Part shown: one piece after another, positions 17,238 through 27,451 of the stretch
Numbering within the stretch: the first letter of the stretch is position 1
Layout of the letters: the number at the start of each line of letters is the position of its first letter
Virus record (IMG/VR): IMGVR_UViG_2799112909_000002
Location: 1 to 64,000 of that record
Direction: 5' to 3' (one strand)
DNA length: 64,000 bases
Origin: a virus
Taxonomy: Duplodnaviria; Caudoviricetes
Translations under genes and position numbers: made by a program
The notes under the pieces: generated by a model
What the model was told of the DNA's origin: nothing
Seen by the model: only the letters and a program-made list of their open reading frames with translations
Databases searched by the model: none

Positions 17238-17700
17238 AAAAATCCTCCTCTTAGTATATATAACCTACATCATCAAAATAATCATAATTGTAAGGATAGC
17301 CGCATTCGTACATCTCTGCTACAACATCAAGTTCATCATCCGTAAACTCATGAAAATCAAGTTGCTGAGCCGTTGCTGTTGTTGTAACCTCACCATTAAT
17401 AACAATAAATCCTCCCATAAAGCAATCTCCTTTTTATTATTATATCAGAATTTTTTATAATTCTCAAATTAAAGAGCTCGGTCTGGATCAACAAAATTCT
17501 CTATATAATCTTTGAGGCAGCTAAAAATCATTTCCTCATCCTCTGCGAAATAGCGAATTCTATGCCCCTCTTCTGGGTCTACGATATACAATATCTCTGT
17601 AACAGGATCATAACATACATTAAATTCAAAAGCCTGCATAAAAACCTCCCCTTCCTTATTGTCTATATATATTATAAAATAAATTTTTTAAATTTTCAAA

Positions 17701-18423
17701 TTAATTATTAAACGAAGCATAATCTACTATTACTGGCTTGTCGTCTATAAAACCAAGATTCTCTGAATGCAGATCATCTACGCCTTCATCCTTCAAAAAA
17801 ACTATAAGGTCTATTGCAGCAGTAATACCGTATTCCTCAATAAAAGCTGCCAACCAAGCTTGATCCACAATCCAACAGTCACATTCTGATAGACTATTAT
17901 TGCTTTCTTTCATAATACTTGAGCGGTTTTTCTTTTTATCCTCTCCTGAGTATTCGCATTCATAGTCAAAGTAAACATCATAATAAATAGTTGCAATTTC
18001 TTGAACATAAATAGGGTGATTGTCAATTTCTCCTATACAAACAGTTTCTGCAAAAAAATCAGATACTCCCGAAGCTACTGCATCCTTATAAATAGTTGCT
18101 TCAGCTTCGCAGTAATCCCATTTTCTTTTAAGCTTATGTTCTCCACATCCAAAAGAAGCACAATAAAAATCTTCATAAGGTTCTTCGTATTCATCTTCAC
18201 TTTCTGTGCCAGAACCAGTAAAAGGAATCTTTACTACAAGGTTAGGAAAGTCTTTGAACATGAATACACATTTTGATACTCCATGAGCTGTATGATAAGG
18301 GATACCTTTCATATTCTCAGTGATAACATCTTCCCAATTCGACTCAGTGAGGACATTATCTAAACACACACCATCAAATTTTGCAAGAATATTCTTTCTT
18401 ATCTCCATAGTAATATTTAACAT
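17701..18423 (-). CDS. protein-kinase-like enzyme
   Basis: HGVSKCVF (Gly loop), VVKIP (Lys), EAE helix C, DLHSENLG catalytic loop, IVDY. Confidence 0.75.
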   Translation of the reverse strand: MLNITMEIRKNILAKFDGVCLDNVLTESNWEDVITENMKGIPYHTAHGVSKCVFMFKDFPNLVVKIPFTGSGTESEDEYEEPYEDFYCASFGCGEHKLKRKWDYCEAEATIYKDAVASGVSDFFAETVCIGEIDNHPIYVQEIATIYYDVYFDYECEYSGEDKKKNRSSIMKESNNSLSECDCWIVDQAWLAAFIEEYGITAAIDLIVFLKDEGVDDLHSENLGFIDDKPVIVDYASFNN

Positions 18424-18831
18424 CTTATTTACTCCCTTTCTTTATTTTCTATAATAATTATAACAAAAATTTTTATAAAAATAAAAATAGAGTAATTGCC
18501 GCCTTTGAAGTATTGCTAAGAAAAATCCTTTTTCTGATTTTTCATTAGCTTTTGTTTCTTCAAGTTCTTGCAAATAGGCTCTCTGCCATTGACTGGTTTG
18601 TACTTTTGACAATGGACACAGGCTTTCAATGCTTGTCACCTCTCGTTTCAACAATGTCATAAACACAAATAGCGATATTGGCAAGGTTCATTACGAAGCC
18701 GATAGGGAAGCCATTTACAGCACATACAACAGCAGACATAACACACATAATGATAATAACAACATCCAACTTCATCATGAAAAAATCTCCTTTAATATTA
18801 ATGTAAATATATTTTAACAAAATTTTTTTAA

Positions 18832-19437
18832 TTATTCAATAGGATACATCAAGCAGCGGTTTATATATGTTTGTTTTTGTCCTTCATAAATCTTATGACT
18901 TTTTACTGTTGCGGATAATAATATTTCATCTCCTACTTGTTCAAACTTCGTTGTAGAAGTAAACCAGCAAAGTACAGAGTTGCCAGACTCAAAAGTAAAC
19001 AATGTACAACAGCCATTCTGATTATTGATCTCTTTTTTACCTACAATCTTTGCGGGGATTTTACGCAGCCTATCACCAATTTCGCCAATCCACTCTGCGT
19101 TCATTAAATTACTTGCTAAAACTGTATTGGTTATTGTAAAAGGTGCGAGTCTTTCCTTGACTATTGCTTTAGCCGTATCATGCGGCATTACATTTTTGTC
19201 TATAGGAAGCCAAGAGTAAAGTTCATCAAAAGTAAATGATACAAATTCAAAACCATCTAGAGCTATTCTTTCAGGAGAGTGCCACTTGAGGAGCGAAGAG
19301 AATTTGCAACCCGCTGATTTTAAAACCTCTTTTATTTCAAATGTATTGCCGCCAGTAATCACATATGTAACACCTTCTTTATTGAAACCGTTCTTTTGCA
19401 TCCAATCTTCCTTACTTTTGTATGTGTAAGAACCCAT
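18832..19437 (-). CDS. hypothetical protein, possible OB-fold C-terminus
   Basis: GNTFEIKEVLK and ATVKSH..Y....TYINR motifs. Confidence 0.6.
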   Translation of the reverse strand: MGSYTYKSKEDWMQKNGFNKEGVTYVITGGNTFEIKEVLKSAGCKFSSLLKWHSPERIALDGFEFVSFTFDELYSWLPIDKNVMPHDTAKAIVKERLAPFTITNTVLASNLMNAEWIGEIGDRLRKIPAKIVGKKEINNQNGCCTLFTFESGNSVLCWFTSTTKFEQVGDEILLSATVKSHKIYEGQKQTYINRCLMYPIE

Positions 19438-19574
19438 AAGCTTTTTGCTCCTTTATGTTTATTGTGTAATAATTATATCAAAAATTTTTAATGTTTTCAA
19501 AGGCACGGCAAATAGCTGGTCTTTTAAAACTTAAACCTTTACTAACTGTATTGCTATTTTTAGTCATTGAGTGA

Positions 19575-19634
19575 CAAAGCTGCTCGGAGCTTTAACGACC
19601 GCATTTAGAAGCGATTTTTGACTTTGGATTTTTT
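19575..19634 (+). repeat. conserved upstream element (copies at 38054-38107 and 44153-44212)
   Basis: CAAAGCTGCTCGGAGC...CGATTTT...TTTGGATTTTT. Confidence 0.7.
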
Positions 19635-19946
19635 CGATTTGAAAATCTAAAAAAATTTTGATATAATTTTATTACAATAAAAATTGAGGTGATTTAATGA
19701 GATGTCCTTTCGCAGAAAAAGACTTTGAAGAAATAATTTTAGAAAGAGAGCGTCAAGCAGGAGTGGTAGCAACAATGATCCTTTCATGGGTTATATTAAT
19801 TTTGTTAATAGTGGGCTTTTTTATATTTATTTTTTAGGAGGCATCATGGAAGTATCTGAGAATTGGGTAAGTATAAGTAACCCTTTCTTTCTTGACAACT
19901 ATGAAGATTATTATTATGAATAATAATATTTTAAGGAGTGATATAA

Positions 19947-20204
19947 ATGACTTGGAGAGAAGTGTTAATTTCTTTTCTTTTTATTATTTGTGGTATTTTG
20001 GTGTCTTTAATAATAATTTTGGTAAGTGCGGAATCTGAAAAAGATCTTGACTATTTAGAAAATGACTCTTTATTGGAATACGCTTATATTGATAATTTTA
20101 CCCATATCGTCTATATAAATAAAGAGAACTATTTTTGTCCTTTTCTTGATGAGGATGGTAATTATGTAAGATATAAAGATGGTCATTATGAAAGCGTGTG
20201 GTGA
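19947..20204 (+). CDS. membrane-anchored hypothetical protein
   Basis: N-terminal hydrophobic helix; AAGGAG RBS. Confidence 0.6.
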   Translation: MTWREVLISFLFIICGILVSLIIILVSAESEKDLDYLENDSLLEYAYIDNFTHIVYINKENYFCPFLDEDGNYVRYKDGHYESVW

Positions 20205-20450
20205 TTGATTTGACTATTGCAGAGTTAAGCAAAGAAACCAATATTACTGTAAGAAGACTACAACGTCACTGGCGTGACGTTGTAGCTTCTTTGTCTGCAA
20301 TTGGTATATATGTATTTAGAGAAGAAATAATTGTAAATGGTAAAAAAGATTATAATTATTCTATTCGCCGCAAAGGGGAGTCTGTTCCACGAAGTTGAAT
20401 AAGTAAAAAATTTTTATTATAATTATTATAGAAGCTTAAAGGAGGGTCTA

Positions 20451-20921
20451 TTGATGGAAGAAAAAGAAACTTTATTATCTTATGATTTTTACAACGATCT
20501 TTGGAGAGGAAAAATAAAAATTAATGGTATTACCGCAGAGATTGAAATTATGGAATATTCAATAGGCTTACCTTTATTTAATGATACTTATTGGTCGCCA
20601 AACAGTTACTTCTTTGTTTCTGCTTATTGTTACCGCAAAAGAAAAGATAAAATGCGGAATATGGACTATCATACCACATTCCGAGAGAATGGAATGAAAC
20701 ATCTTCTCTTTTTTAAAGACTGTCTTGCAGAATTCCAAGAATTGATGCGGGAAAGAGGCAGAAATGCTTACACAAAATATTTAACGAAGAAAATGGGCTT
20801 CTGGATGACTCATATGACCTATGGATACAATGAAGATAATACCCTTTGTCATAACAGAGCTCTTGTCTGGAAACCAAATAAACAACTGAATTGGAGGAGA
20901 AAAAATGGTATTGTATTATGA
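20451..20921 (+). CDS. hypothetical protein
   Basis: ORF with promoter repeat and RBS. Confidence 0.6.
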   Translation: MMEEKETLLSYDFYNDLWRGKIKINGITAEIEIMEYSIGLPLFNDTYWSPNSYFFVSAYCYRKRKDKMRNMDYHTTFRENGMKHLLFFKDCLAEFQELMRERGRNAYTKYLTKKMGFWMTHMTYGYNEDNTLCHNRALVWKPNKQLNWRRKNGIVL

Positions 20922-21219
20922 GAACTATTTCTGGGAAGAAAAGGCAGCATATTTTTCTACTTTTACACACCCGAAAAATAACGAAGAGTGCCTTGTGCTT
21001 GTTTTTCCTGCTATAGGTGGTGTTATGAATTTAGGCAAAGTTTATGGAGTATCAAGAACCGCACAGAACAACCGATATGAAATAGAAAAAGCAATAGAGA
21101 GAAATAACTATGTCGATTTTTCAAGATTGACTAATATAGAATATATATCTAACAAAGAGCTTATGACGGGACTTCGTGCTTTCCGCAGAGATTTTCGAGA
21201 AAGAATTATTCAAGATTAA
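20905..21219 (+). CDS. hypothetical protein
   Basis: ORF with GGAGG RBS. Confidence 0.6.
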   Translation: MVLYYENYFWEEKAAYFSTFTHPKNNEECLVLVFPAIGGVMNLGKVYGVSRTAQNNRYEIEKAIERNNYVDFSRLTNIEYISNKELMTGLRAFRRDFRERIIQD

Positions 21220-21232
21220 AGGGAGGAATAAA

Positions 21233-21607
21233 ATGTCTAATTTAAAAGAAAAGTTAAAAGTAGGCTATCTGGTAGAATTTAACAACGGGGAAGTGGGAGT
21301 TATAGCAGGTGCCAAGTATGGTAATTATATTGCTCTTGGAGATGGCGAAATTTTGTTTCTTTCTTGGTTTGATACAGATCTTTCATTAACTAAAGGCTTA
21401 AAATCAATTAGAGAATTACCTTTTTATGTTACTACTATTTATGGTTACCCCAAGTCGCCGCAGAAGCTTCTTTCTAACCCTATTAATATAAATGATAGAG
21501 AAATTATCTGGAGTAGAGCGGCTGTTAAAATGACGTTGAAAGAGATAGAAGATAAATTAGGTTTTGCTATTGAAATAATTGGAGATGATAGAAAAGATGC
21601 TACGTAA
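21233..21607 (+). CDS. hypothetical phage protein, paralog of 1572..1955
   Basis: shared C-terminal motif; GGAGG RBS before ATG 21233. Confidence 0.7.
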   Translation: MSNLKEKLKVGYLVEFNNGEVGVIAGAKYGNYIALGDGEILFLSWFDTDLSLTKGLKSIRELPFYVTTIYGYPKSPQKLLSNPININDREIIWSRAAVKMTLKEIEDKLGFAIEIIGDDRKDAT

Positions 21608-22442
21608 AGAAGTAGAAGAAAAAATTCAGGCAAGAGTACAAGAACACTATGATTATTTGGCAAAAAGAATACCTGTAGAAAGAATCATAGGAGTGTTTGC
21701 TTATGGCAGTATGAATTATGGCTTTTATGAAGAAGGTGTGTCGGACGTTGATACAAAGGCTATAGTGCTTCCTTCTTTTGAAAACTTGATGGGCGGGCAT
21801 AATTTGATTTCTAAAGAATATATTTTAGAAAATGGGGAGCATTGTGAAGTAAAAGATATTCGTCTTTATATTCAACAGCTAAAGAAACAAAGTATAAATT
21901 TTGTCGAAACTCTCTTTACAAGATACTTTGTGCTTACACCACAATGGGAAGATTTGTGGATACAGTATTTCCTTAATAGTTCAAAACTGATTGCTCATTA
22001 TGATGAAGTTCAAACTATCAACGTTGCGGGAAAACATTTACTTAGTATTAAAAAGAGGACTGGAAAAGATGTTTATAATATACTGCGGTTATACGGTTTT
22101 ATTCAAAGGTATTATTATGGATATGCTTACTCTACTTGTATAGAAACATTACAACATTTAACCCCCGATCTATATGAAAAGATGCTTTACTACAAGAGTC
22201 ATAAAGACACAGATTTTTCTTCTGATCCAGACGTTCAAGAAAAGGTTGCTAACATTAGAAGAAATACAGATATAATGTTAAAACAGGTAACACCTTCCCA
22301 CTTTACTAAGTCCTCTAATAATTTACTAGAAGAAAGACGGCAGTCGATTGATAATATCTTTTTAGAAGCTGCTTCCGCAATGCTCGTTCCTTATCTTAAT
22401 AGAGAGAAAGCACAACACTTCCCACTCCACAAGAAGGCTTAA
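21585..22442 (+). CDS. Pol-beta-superfamily nucleotidyltransferase (RlaP/YcgL-like)
   Basis: YGSMNYG...SDVD motif (GS + DxD) and a third Asp in VKDIR. Confidence 0.8.
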   Translation: MIEKMLRKEVEEKIQARVQEHYDYLAKRIPVERIIGVFAYGSMNYGFYEEGVSDVDTKAIVLPSFENLMGGHNLISKEYILENGEHCEVKDIRLYIQQLKKQSINFVETLFTRYFVLTPQWEDLWIQYFLNSSKLIAHYDEVQTINVAGKHLLSIKKRTGKDVYNILRLYGFIQRYYYGYAYSTCIETLQHLTPDLYEKMLYYKSHKDTDFSSDPDVQEKVANIRRNTDIMLKQVTPSHFTKSSNNLLEERRQSIDNIFLEAASAMLVPYLNREKAQHFPLHKKA

Positions 22443-22626
22443 ACAATAATTTGAGCCTTCTTTTTTAATAATTTTATTACTCCTTATCACTTGTTCAGAA
22501 AGAGAAAAAAGTTAATATTGTAACTAACGCTAGCTCAGTTATCTTATTTGTTTTTTATAAAATTTTATGATATAATATAAACAGAAAGAAAGTTAAAAAT
22601 AGAAGAACAGGAAAAGGAGGTGCCAT

Positions 22627-22830
22627 ATGAGTAAAGAAAGTGTTGAGTTCAAAAAGGGATTATATATGGTGATTACAAACAGGTATAACAGAGGTATTAA
22701 AGGGCATATTGGGCATTTGGAGGCTGGACTTCTTAGCAATAAGTATGGAAATGAGATGTTTTATCCAGCGGAAGGTAAGTATCCTTACTGTATCTGTTTG
22801 CCACGAGAGGATCTTGTAAGAATAGGGTAA
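22627..22830 (+). CDS. hypothetical protein
   Basis: ORF with AGGAGGT RBS. Confidence 0.6.
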   Translation: MSKESVEFKKGLYMVITNRYNRGIKGHIGHLEAGLLSNKYGNEMFYPAEGKYPYCICLPREDLVRIG

Positions 22831-22859
22831 TCAAAAATACAATTACTAATTAGGAGGTA

Positions 22860-24053
22860 TTGCATATGATTAATTCAGCTACAGGACTTAGAGAACTTGC
22901 TTATGTTGCAAAAGTAAGAGAAATCAGACCTATTGAGGGTAAGGACAGAGTAGAATGTGCTGTTGTAAATAATTGGACAATTATGGTAAAGAAAGGTGAT
23001 TTTAAAGTAGGGGATTTGGGTGTTTACTTTGAAGTTGACTCACAAGTACCCGAAAAAGAGCCTTTTATGTTCCTTGCACAGAAGCATTTTAAGATTAAAA
23101 TTCAGAAGTATGGCAAGTTTTATTCGCAGGGTCTATTGATGCCGCTATCAAACTTTCCTGAACTTGGAGAAGTAAAAGAAGGAGAGTTTTTAACTGAAAA
23201 GTTGGGAGTTACTTATAATACTCTTGACGATAGAAAGAGAAAAGGTCAACCTAAAGACAAATATCAACCTATGCTACAGAGATATAGCAAGTTGTTTAAG
23301 AAACCAATTATCCGCAAAATCATCAAGACTAAGAGGGGCAAGGAGTTCTTCTATCAATTACTTGGCAAAAGAATAATCAAAAGCAAGAAATTTCCTACAC
23401 ACTTTCCATACGTCAAGGTCACTGATGAAGAGCGTGCGGAATCACTGCCACATATTTGTGAAGACACACGCCCTTGGGTAAAAACACTTAAAATCGATGG
23501 CACTTCTACTACTTTTATCCTTGAGAGAAAGGGAAGAAAGCGTTATGAATTTTACGTTTGTTCAAGACAGGTAAGACAGCTTAAGCCAAGTCAAAAGACC
23601 TACCATGATACTAATGTCTATTGGGAAATGGCATTTAAATATAACATTGAGAATGTCCTTAAAGATATTCTTGAGCGTCATCCTGAGTGGTCTTATGTTT
23701 GCCTACAGGGCGAAACTGCTGGTCCACAACTACAGGGAAATCCGCACAAACTTCCCGAAAGACGTTTTTATGGCTTTAATTTCATTGATAGCGAAAGCGG
23801 CAGATGGAGTACTTTGGCAGCAAAAGCATTGCTTGGAAGATATGGTATTGATTGGGTTCCTGTAATTGATACTGACTATCACATTCCTAATGACTTTGAG
23901 GAATTTAAGCTTTCTGCGGACGGAGAGATTGAGCTTGGTGACGCTTCAGGTCTTAGAGAAGGATATGTTTATCGTTCACAGGATGGCACGGAATCTTTTA
24001 AAAACGTTTCGAGAGTTTATCAAATAAAAGTAATGGGTAAGCATTTCAACTAA
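22860..24053 (+). CDS. Rnl2-family (DRB0094-like) ATP-dependent RNA ligase
   Basis: N-terminal OB-like domain (YFEVDS, SQGLL), KIDGTS motif I, QGE, FYGFN, EGYV and FKNVS. Confidence 0.88.
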   Translation: MHMINSATGLRELAYVAKVREIRPIEGKDRVECAVVNNWTIMVKKGDFKVGDLGVYFEVDSQVPEKEPFMFLAQKHFKIKIQKYGKFYSQGLLMPLSNFPELGEVKEGEFLTEKLGVTYNTLDDRKRKGQPKDKYQPMLQRYSKLFKKPIIRKIIKTKRGKEFFYQLLGKRIIKSKKFPTHFPYVKVTDEERAESLPHICEDTRPWVKTLKIDGTSTTFILERKGRKRYEFYVCSRQVRQLKPSQKTYHDTNVYWEMAFKYNIENVLKDILERHPEWSYVCLQGETAGPQLQGNPHKLPERRFYGFNFIDSESGRWSTLAAKALLGRYGIDWVPVIDTDYHIPNDFEEFKLSADGEIELGDASGLREGYVYRSQDGTESFKNVSRVYQIKVMGKHFN

Positions 24054-24147
24054 TAGAAATAAATAGCGTAGTTAATTCTACGCTATTTATTTTTATTAAA
24101 ATTTATTATATAATATATGTATAGAAGACAAGAAAGAAGGAATAACA

Positions 24148-24516
24148 ATGCCAAGAAATAATGCAGTTGAAATTAGTGACTTTTATTGTACTAAGTGCGG
24201 AAATAAATCTATTCCTCTTGCCCGCAGAAATGGTAGATATAGAGAAGCAGGACATTTAAAGAAGTTATGGTGCTACCGCTGTAAAGCAGAAGTTAATCAT
24301 GCGGAAGTAAGACCTTTTGGTAACTACAATTACAATGACTTTGTTGAGGAGTTTATTTGCGGCAGATTTGTAAATGGAGAAAAAGAGCCAATAGCAAATC
24401 TGTACAGTTGTGGCAATACCACCTGCCGCTATAATAAACACGGCAAATGTTGGAATAGCAATGGTTCTATGGATTGTGGAAAACCACACTCCAAGGAGGT
24501 ACAAACAAATGAATAA
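24148..24516 (+). CDS. zinc-ribbon protein
   Basis: FYCTKCG...GHLKKLWCYRCK. Confidence 0.65.
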   Translation: MPRNNAVEISDFYCTKCGNKSIPLARRNGRYREAGHLKKLWCYRCKAEVNHAEVRPFGNYNYNDFVEEFICGRFVNGEKEPIANLYSCGNTTCRYNKHGKCWNSNGSMDCGKPHSKEVQTNE

Positions 24517-24736
24517 TTTCTATCTCTGTCATTTCCCTACTATAACCACTAATTTTGATGAAGATAAACCTTTAAATAGAAAACTGCTCTGTCTTGCGGG
24601 GCATACTCATTCAACTGAAAAATTCGACCCTTGCTGCTCTTATAATGTTGCTGTTGATGCTCATAATTGCCGCCCTGTTAGTATCGAAACCATACTTGAG
24701 GATTTTAAAGAAAGGAGAAAACAATATGCAGAATAA
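24509..24736 (+). pseudogene. C-terminal fragment of a calcineurin-like metallophosphoesterase
   Basis: LCHFP, GHTH and NVAVDA motifs present; N-terminal DxH/GD/GNH motifs absent. Confidence 0.6.
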
Positions 24737-25004
24737 ACAATTTTCATTAACTAAACTTATTTGTGGTTTGTTGTTGTGTTTTATTTTATTTCCAATCTTC
24801 TCTTTCATCGGAGGCTATTTTTTAGGTTGGCTTTTAAAAGTATTTTTATCTAACCCTATTATCCACGCTTTACTTGTTTTTGGTATTACCATTCTTCCAG
24901 AACATATCCCTTACATTTGTGCAACTTTAAGCATGTTTTATCAGATGGCTAGCTTCCTCTTGAAGATATTACTTCGCTGTTTACATAGTCTTCTGCGGCA
25001 TTGA
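24726..25004 (+). CDS. membrane protein
   Basis: hydrophobic segments; AAGGAG RBS before MQNKQF. Confidence 0.55.
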   Translation: MQNKQFSLTKLICGLLLCFILFPIFSFIGGYFLGWLLKVFLSNPIIHALLVFGITILPEHIPYICATLSMFYQMASFLLKILLRCLHSLLRH

Positions 25005-25091
25005 CTTGACATTTCTGAAAATTTTTGATATAATTGATATATCAAAGAAAGAAAGAAAGATTACCCTATACAATCATTCAATGGTGGAAAG

Positions 25092-25553
25092 GTGGTGAAT
25101 GTTATATATACTAAATTATTATATAGTAATTTTAATAAAGATACAGGTATTAGCACTGTTATTATAAGAAATAAGTATGGTACTTTTAAAGGTAAATCTA
25201 AATTACATGATTCTGATAAAGACTATGCCTCTAATTATGCTGGATGTAGATTTGCTGAGATGAAGGCTGAAATTAAGTGTTTAAAGAAACAAAGGGCAGA
25301 TAAACAGCTAAGACTTACTGAACTTAAATACTTTAAGAAAATGCTTGAAGATACAAAAGGATATAATTCAGAAAGCCTTGAAGCAAGAAAATTAAGAAAG
25401 CGTATCTATATTCTAAATAAAGAAATACAACAACTTGATGATACTATAAACAAGGCGGCTGCCGCCCTAAAGCAAGAAATACAAGAAAGAGATAAAGCAC
25501 TTGAGTTTCTCAAAAAGTATAGAAATGATAAAATGGATAGCAAGAATGATTAA
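25092..25553 (+). CDS. hypothetical coiled-coil phage protein
   Basis: ORF downstream of a TTGACA-17-TATAAT promoter (25006-25034). Confidence 0.65.
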   Translation: MVNVIYTKLLYSNFNKDTGISTVIIRNKYGTFKGKSKLHDSDKDYASNYAGCRFAEMKAEIKCLKKQRADKQLRLTELKYFKKMLEDTKGYNSESLEARKLRKRIYILNKEIQQLDDTINKAAAALKQEIQERDKALEFLKKYRNDKMDSKND

Positions 25554-25606
25554 TTTCATTCTTGCTATTTTTATTTATAATAAGAGTAAAAGAAAGGAGA
25601 TTACAT

Positions 25607-26575
25607 ATGTCTTTATCAATATTAAAACAGACAAGCACATATAACACATCCACTTATTACAACAGACCTCTTAAGTATATTGTAATTCATTATACTGCTG
25701 GTACTACAAGTCGCCAAGGTATTGCTTATAATACAGCATTGTTCTTTAGTAACCCATCCACGTATGCAAGTGCCGATTTTATTGTAGACGACACTACTGC
25801 TGTACAGTTTAACCCAGATATTGAAAATAGATATTGCTGGCACTGTGGAGATGCAAAAAATTATAATAAAGGGGCATCTTACTATGGGGCATGTCAGAAC
25901 TATAACAGTATTGGTATTGAAGTTTGCTCAAGCAATAGAACTGGAACTATGACGGCGGCAAATGACAGTAATTATTATTTTACAGACGCTGTTGTTAATA
26001 AAGCAATTGAATTAACAAAATATTTAATGAAGAAGTACAATATTCCAGCTTCTAATGTTATTCGACACTACGATGTCACTGGTAAATATTGTCCCGGTAT
26101 CAGAGGTTGGAATGAAGACAGTGGGGATGCATCTAAATGGAAGGCTTTTAAACAAGCAATTTTATCAGCTTCTTCTATATCAACAGAACAAAAAGATGAA
26201 AACCAGTCTACAGTTACTGGTACTATTTATCGAGTAAGAAAAACCGCAGACGATGCTAAAACTCAAAAAGGTGCATATAAAAATCTTCAATCTGCCAAAG
26301 ATTTAGTTAATAAAAATGCGGCGGCTGGATATAAAGTATTTGACCAGAATGGTAAATTGATTTATACACCAAAAACAACTTCTACGACTAGCTCCTATCA
26401 AGTTGTAATTACCGCTGATGTACTTAATGTTCGCAAAGGAGCAGGTACTAACTATGCGATTACTACAACTGTTAAGAAAAATGAAGTGTATACTATTGTG
26501 GAAGAAAGTAACGGATGGGGCAAACTTAAATCTGGTGCTGGATGGATTTCATTAAATTATACTAAAAAGAAATGA
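25607..26575 (+). CDS. endolysin: N-acetylmuramoyl-L-alanine amidase (Amidase_2) with C-terminal SH3b
   Basis: IVIHYTA, SIGIEVC, IRHYDVTGKYCP; LNVRKGAG...WGKLKSGAGWISL. Confidence 0.92.
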   Translation: MSLSILKQTSTYNTSTYYNRPLKYIVIHYTAGTTSRQGIAYNTALFFSNPSTYASADFIVDDTTAVQFNPDIENRYCWHCGDAKNYNKGASYYGACQNYNSIGIEVCSSNRTGTMTAANDSNYYFTDAVVNKAIELTKYLMKKYNIPASNVIRHYDVTGKYCPGIRGWNEDSGDASKWKAFKQAILSASSISTEQKDENQSTVTGTIYRVRKTADDAKTQKGAYKNLQSAKDLVNKNAAAGYKVFDQNGKLIYTPKTTSTTSSYQVVITADVLNVRKGAGTNYAITTTVKKNEVYTIVEESNGWGKLKSGAGWISLNYTKKK

Positions 26576-26593
26576 TATAATAATAACAATCAC

Positions 26594-27451
26594 AGCTGAA
26601 TAAGCTGTGATTTGCTTTTTATAAAAAAATTTGTTATAATTAATATAGAAAATCAGAAAGGAGAAAAAATCGAAGCTCAGAAGGGAGATTAATAAAATGA
26701 TATACTTTATAGGTGATACTCATGGCTATTTAGAGATTAGCAAGCTTAGGCACTCCCCCGCAAAAGAGGGCGATTATGCTGTAGTTTTAGGAGATTTTGG
26801 TCTTTTGTGGACAGAGCCTAATAAGAAAGGTTATAAGCAAGATCTTTGGTGGCTGAAGTGGTTACAGAACAAACCTTTCACGACACTGTTTGTAGACGGC
26901 AATCATGAAAACTTTAATCTTCTTAATTCTTACCCTGTTGAAGAATGGAACGGCGGCAAGATCCATCGCATTAATGATAAAGTCATTCATCTAATGAGAG
27001 GTCAGGTATTTACAATTGACGGTCAGACATTCTTTACTATGGGTGGAGCTACTTCAATAGACAAATGTTACAGAAAAGAGGGTGAGAGTTGGTGGAAAGA
27101 GGAATTACCCTCAAAAGCAGAGTATGATGAAGCTCTTGTTAATTTAGACAAATGTAATTGGAAAGTAGATTTTGTGCTTACCCATTGTGCTCCCAACCGC
27201 ATTCTTCAACAAATTAGTTCTTATATGGACAAAGACGAGCTAACCTGCTTCTTAGACACCGTTGCGGCAGACTTAGATTTTAAGTGCTGGTACTTTGGGC
27301 ATTATCATTGTGATGAACAATTCGGGGATGAACAAGGAAAAAAATATATCTGCTCATATGAACATTTTAATATAGCTGATTAAGCTGAGATTTGCTTTTT
27401 ATAAAAAAATATAGTATAATTAATATAGAAAATCAGAAAGGAGAAAAAATC
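26594..27451 (+). repeat. 78-bp direct repeats (26594-26671 and 27374-27451) flanking the phosphoesterase gene
   Basis: promoter and RBS duplicated with about 5 mismatches. Confidence 0.85.
26697..27383 (+). CDS. calcineurin-like metallophosphoesterase
   Basis: GDTHG, LGDFG, DGNHE, LTH and FGHYH motifs. Confidence 0.9.
   Translation: MIYFIGDTHGYLEISKLRHSPAKEGDYAVVLGDFGLLWTEPNKKGYKQDLWWLKWLQNKPFTTLFVDGNHENFNLLNSYPVEEWNGGKIHRINDKVIHLMRGQVFTIDGQTFFTMGGATSIDKCYRKEGESWWKEELPSKAEYDEALVNLDKCNWKVDFVLTHCAPNRILQQISSYMDKDELTCFLDTVAADLDFKCWYFGHYHCDEQFGDEQGKKYICSYEHFNIAD

Noticed and set aside
25010-25024. CodY box (near-match to AATTTTCWGAAAATT) in promoter spacers
   Set aside because: Such matches are expected by chance in this AT-rich promoter repeat, and the phage HTH recognition helix differs from host CodY
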